From positions 1 to 27,319 of the forward strand of contig NW_021834113.1 of NCBI RefSeq assembly GCF_006345805.1: a DNA stretch of 27,319 nucleotides, in the 5' to 3' direction. A program made the position numbers and the translations under genes. This document shows, one piece after another, positions 23,360-27,319 of this stretch (positions are counted from its first letter, which is position 1; each line of letters begins with the position of its first letter). This DNA comes from Octopus sinensis (taxonomy: Eukaryota). The notes under the pieces were generated by a model, which searched no databases, was not told the origin of the DNA, and worked only from the letters and a program-made list of their open reading frames with translations.

Positions 23360-23631
23360 ATAATAATAGCTATTATTAATAACTATTCTTCTTCTTCTTC
23401 TTATTATTATTATTAATAATAGCTATTATTATTACTATTCTTCTTCTTCTTCTTCTTATTATTATTAATAATAGCTATTATTAATAACTATTATATTACT
23501 AATCTTCTTCTTCTTCTTATTATTATTATTATTAATAATAATAGCTATTATTACTACTATTATTATTACTATTCTTCTTCTTCTTCTCTTCTTCTTCTTA
23601 TTATTATTATTATTATTATTTTATTATATTA

Positions 23632-23665
<34 letters not shown>

Positions 23666-23780
23666 ATTATTATAATAACTATTATTATTAATAACTATTA
23701 TTATTACTATTCTTCTTATTCTTCTCTTCTTCTTCTTATTATTATTATTATTATCATAATAATAATTATTATTATTACAA
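23305..23780. repeat. (TAT)n/(CTT)n compound tract with a higher-order repeat
   Basis: Four copies of the palindrome AATAATAGCTATTATT at 23362, 23415, 23467 and 23537. Confidence 0.92.
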
Positions 23781-23899
23781 TTATATCAAATATATATATA
23801 GAGAGAAAGAGAGAGTGAGAAAGCGAGAGATTGTGTGTGTTCAATTCCCTCGCGTACACTTACACACACGCACATATATATATATATATAGTTATACAT

Positions 23900-24240
23900 A
23901 TGTTTGCCTTCTTGATAACCATTCTCCGCCGTTCCATTGTCATGATACGATTGATAAATAGCTTCGAGGAATCCGAAACAAATCTTCCATACAAAGTAGC
24001 GAAGACCTCAATATTTTTCTTAAAAAATTTAATATTTCTGTTGACAGAGAATCATAAGGTCATCCACAAAATAAAGAATCCTTCGGGAGATATAAGTACC
24101 TCATCAATTTCAGTTGCTTTCTGGTGAAATTTTACACCGAAATCTTGCAGAGATTCATCATAAATTTGGATGCACAAAACGCCTTCCCTTCACAATGGCT
24201 GGCTTGCATAGACCATTATAAAGATGACTGACAAACCGAC
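23900..24240 (-). mobile_element. Possible decayed LINE endonuclease (APE) fragment
   Basis: Minus strand pieces VIFIMVYAS and, in another frame, FVDDLMIL loosely resemble the APE motifs VYAP and GDFN; many frameshifts. Confidence 0.25.
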
Positions 24241-24479
24241 CTGGGTATTGCTCAGCCCGCTAGAAATAGCAACCAAATCGCGCTCTGAAATCGTAACTTA
24301 TCTTCTGAGGTGTTAGGGGGGGTAGGAAAGAATACGTAAGATGATACCAATCTGGATAGACTGTGCCGAGAAAAATTGTCACAGAATAGTGGTCACGGCC
24401 GGAATGGGGTTGACCGCAGATCGGCTGAACAGCGATGACATGGAAATAAGTTATGTGATAAATATATAGCAACAACAAT

Positions 24480-24846
24480 AAAAACATTGGCAAAAGACAT
24501 AGTCCCCGAAATAGGCTGGCCTTTCGCCAATGCTGTTGTTGAGACCGACAGATATTATGCAACCATGTCGGTCTTAGGCTCAGCTCTAGCTCTCCCGCCT
24601 GAAGAATCCATCTCGCAATTCTTTCCAGCGCCATTCTAATTACATGTTCGTAGTACCAGACCCATGGTTCCTCAATGCAGAGAGGAAGCGACTCGACCGA
24701 GAGAGACTCCCTGATTTTCAAGTTAAACATTCTGTCAAATAACTTTACCCCAGAGACCCTTCGAAAGAACCCCATTTCGGCCTCTCGTGTTCTCGATCGT
24801 ATCTTTTCGGATATCCATGACAGCAAGTGAGGATAGGCACGTAAAT
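24480..24846 (-). mobile_element. RTE-clade LINE, C-terminal part of the reverse transcriptase ORF
   Basis: IYVPILTCCHG (frameshift) SWISEKIRSRTREAEMGFFRRVSGVKLFDRMFNLKIRESLSVESLPLCIE...WYYEHVIRMALERIARWILQA matches the RTE pattern PILTYG.ESW....RSR..AAEM.FLRR..G....DR.....IRE.L........W.GHV.RM...R. The GRP motif region is degraded. Confidence 0.9.
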
Positions 24847-25005
24847 CGAATTGAAGAAAGATGAGTTGAGGGGAACGCCGTTAAAAGTAATGAAAAAAAG
24901 CAAGAATCTGGTCCCGGGGTTGGAAATTTTTAATCTCTTCGCTGATAATCTGCCGTCTTATACTATTGCAACTGAATTTCGTGGTCACAAAAAGGTCGTC
25001 AAAGA

Positions 25006-25008
<3 letters not shown>

Positions 25009-25048
<40 letters not shown>

Positions 25049-25110
25049 TATGTATGTATGATGTATGTGTGCGTGTGTGTGTATGCATGTGTGTATGCAT
25101 ATATATGTAC
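25009..25110. repeat. (TG)n/(TATG)n microsatellite
   Basis: Seen directly. Confidence 0.95.
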
Positions 25111-25321
25111 ATAAACGGGAAATAGTTTTAAAGTGTAAATATTCATTTTCAAAATAAATTAGTTCAAACAGTTTTGTTTTGGCAAGAAATCCTTCTTTGT
25201 TTAATAGACGTTATTTTAGACGAGAATTCGGACAATTAAAATAATTGAAGAATAATGAAGAAGAATGAAGAACGTGCTGAATAATTGAGTGGATATGAAG
25301 TTGAGTGTGTTAAATAATTAG

Positions 25322-25388
25322 ACTAACTATGAAGTACCATACCCGTTTGTAAGCGATGACAACTCTGGCAAATTAACACCAGAGAAAG
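25322..25388 (+). CDS. Candidate exon of an unidentified host gene (alternative acceptor at 25354)
   Basis: Donor AAG|gtaaac; open frame TNYEVPYPFVSDDNSGKLTPEK. Both possible acceptors are weak. Confidence 0.25.
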
Positions 25389-25917
25389 GTAAACAAAATT
25401 GGTGAAAATGTTCCGTAATGATAGAATTAATGTTTTCTTAGTCAGCATTCTAAAGAAGTTTTGAAATCTGCAGTAGAAATTCAATTAATTCTATAGAATC
25501 GCTCTAACCTAAACGAATAAAAAGTTTGGTCACCGTACACAAGTAAAATTCCCCAAACAAGGCGACGACGGGGATTAGAAATTACATGTGAGAGTGGAAT
25601 TAATTTGGTCACCTCTTGAAACAGACTAACACACACTAACATACACACGCGCACAAATAAAAAAACACACGTATGTATATGCAAATGTATATAATATTGC
25701 TTTGGGACTTCCTCTTTAACAGCTTATTCAGCAAGTCTGGTTAAATTTTCCGTTAAAGGTGAAACTTCAAGTTCCAATCAACCAATCAACCAATAAATGT
25801 TATTCCATTAAATTCCTCGCGTCCCAACATTACGAAATGCTTCGTTGGTTTTTCAATAAGTTAACAACAATACCAAATACTAAAACATACATATGTAGAA
25901 ATAGAAGTACATGCATT

Positions 25918-25964
<47 letters not shown>

Positions 25965-26410
25965 CATACATAATTTAATAAAATACCTATACATATCGAT
26001 ATGTGTTGTGTATGTGTGTGTGTGTGTGTGTGCGTGTTTGTGCGTGTGCGTGTCTGTGTGTCTGTGTAGAAAGTTGAAAAGGAACACATGAGTTGATATA
26101 CATAAGGAAAATAAGACAAGGTAAAAAATTCTAAAACAATTTTATCATGAAGAACATTTTAGTACCGGTTTCCGTCTTTGCGACTTTTCTAACTAAGAGT
26201 AAAGCATGAAAAACAATTAAAATGTTGAAAAATAAAATGAAATGTTTTTTAAAAATATTTCCATAGTTTTCGAATTCAAGGGACAGTTTCCTTTTTTCTC
26301 TATCTGTCTCTGTCTCTCTCTTTTTTACTCATGTCAGTAATAGTAGTAGTTTGATATGAATTTTTGCTTTTGATTGTTTAAGCAGCTGTAGTAGTCGAGA
26401 AAGGAGGCGA

Positions 26411-26438
26411 GGAAGAAGAAGAAGAAGAAGAAGAAGAA

Positions 26439-26469
<31 letters not shown>

Positions 26470-26527
26470 AAGAAGAAGAAGAAGAAGAAGAAGAAGAAGA
26501 AGAAGAAGAAGAAGAAGAAGAAGAAGA
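26411..26527. repeat. (GAA)n microsatellite
   Basis: Seen directly; nearly pure. Confidence 0.98.
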
Positions 26528-26690
26528 ATGCGGGAGTGGTAATACAGTATCAGGATGTTGGTGGATCCTCTTAAATGATCAAGTGACCTAAAAGTGACCC
26601 GTTGTGCTTGAAATATTAGTGATTGGAATTGTTCTGAATAAATTCAAGAGTGTATATATATATATATATATATTGTATGTGTGCGACATA

Positions 26691-26908
26691 CTTATTTCTT
26701 TACTACCCACAAGGGGATACACACAGAGAGGACAAACAAGGACAGACAAATGGATTAAGTCGATTATACAAGTACTTATTTAATCGACCCCGAAAGGATG
26801 AAAGGCAAAGTCGACCTTGGCGGAATTTGAACTCAGAAAGTAGCGGCAGACAAAATGCAGCTACGCATTTCGCCCGGCGTGCTAACGTTTCTGCCGGCTG
26901 GCCGCCTT
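26691..26908 (-). mobile_element. SINE family A, best preserved copy
   Basis: Minus strand head AAGGCGGCCAGCCGGCAGAAACGTTAGCACGCCGGGCG, B box GTTCAAATTCC (26832-26822), body GTCGACTTTGCCTTTCATCCTTTCGGGGTCGA, and an A-rich end. Confidence 0.9.
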
Positions 26909-27319
26909 ACAATCAACAAATACCATTCTATGTCTTATACTAATGCCGCTCTATTCCCTCCGCCGCCTTCCTATAAGAAGCTAAAACCTCATTATGCCCC
27001 TTACTTATGTCCTTCCCCCTTCCCCCATCCTCCACCCGAACCCCAATCTTTGTCACCTCCTACCTCTGTCGAATAACATCACCTCTTGCCCTGCCTACGT
27101 CGACTCCTCCCACCACTACAATGTAATCTCCTTCCACTGCTTCTACCTGATGCCGTTTCCTCCCACCACTGGTATGTTGTATGTCTCCCCTCCCTACCTC
27201 CACTCTTTCCTATCTCCTCCCACCACATCTATCATATGTTATACCCTTCCTCCACTCTCTCTCTCTCTCTCCCCCTCCCGTCTATTTCCTTCTTATCCAT
27301 CAATGCCACATAATGTCCA

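Noticed and set aside
24260-24826. 188-aa ORF as a host gene
   Set aside because: The N-terminal half is RTE reverse transcriptase C-terminus; the rest is read-through into unrelated flank.
26940-27319. Pro- and Leu-rich ORFs at the window end
   Set aside because: Pyrimidine-rich low-complexity sequence with no recognisable domain.

Overview
Eukaryotic, AT-rich, microsatellite-saturated DNA with no intact long coding sequence; it reads as intronic or intergenic. From recall, the SINE families resemble those of octopus, so a cephalopod origin is an inference and not database-checked. The ORFs in the supplied track are mostly microsatellite artefacts. The recognisable content is transposon remnants. 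These are three tRNA-headed SINE groups (about 11 copies or fragments), a decayed mariner transposase (2.0-2.4 kb), and Penelope-like (PLE) remnants, two of them with hammerhead-ribozyme core motifs, one inside a 110-bp near-perfect palindrome. There are also an R4/Dong-clade 3' end sitting in an (AAT)n tract, a HERO-like restriction-endonuclease LINE end, and RTE and probable L1/Tx1 LINE fragments. Four short + strand segments with splice signals could be exons of an unidentified host gene (low confidence). The main theme is that several element types sit at, inside or around particular microsatellite classes: PLE-like ends at (TA)n, Dong-like ends at (AAT)n, and one SINE carrying its own internal microsatellite. 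All alignments and translations were done by eye, and element boundaries are approximate.
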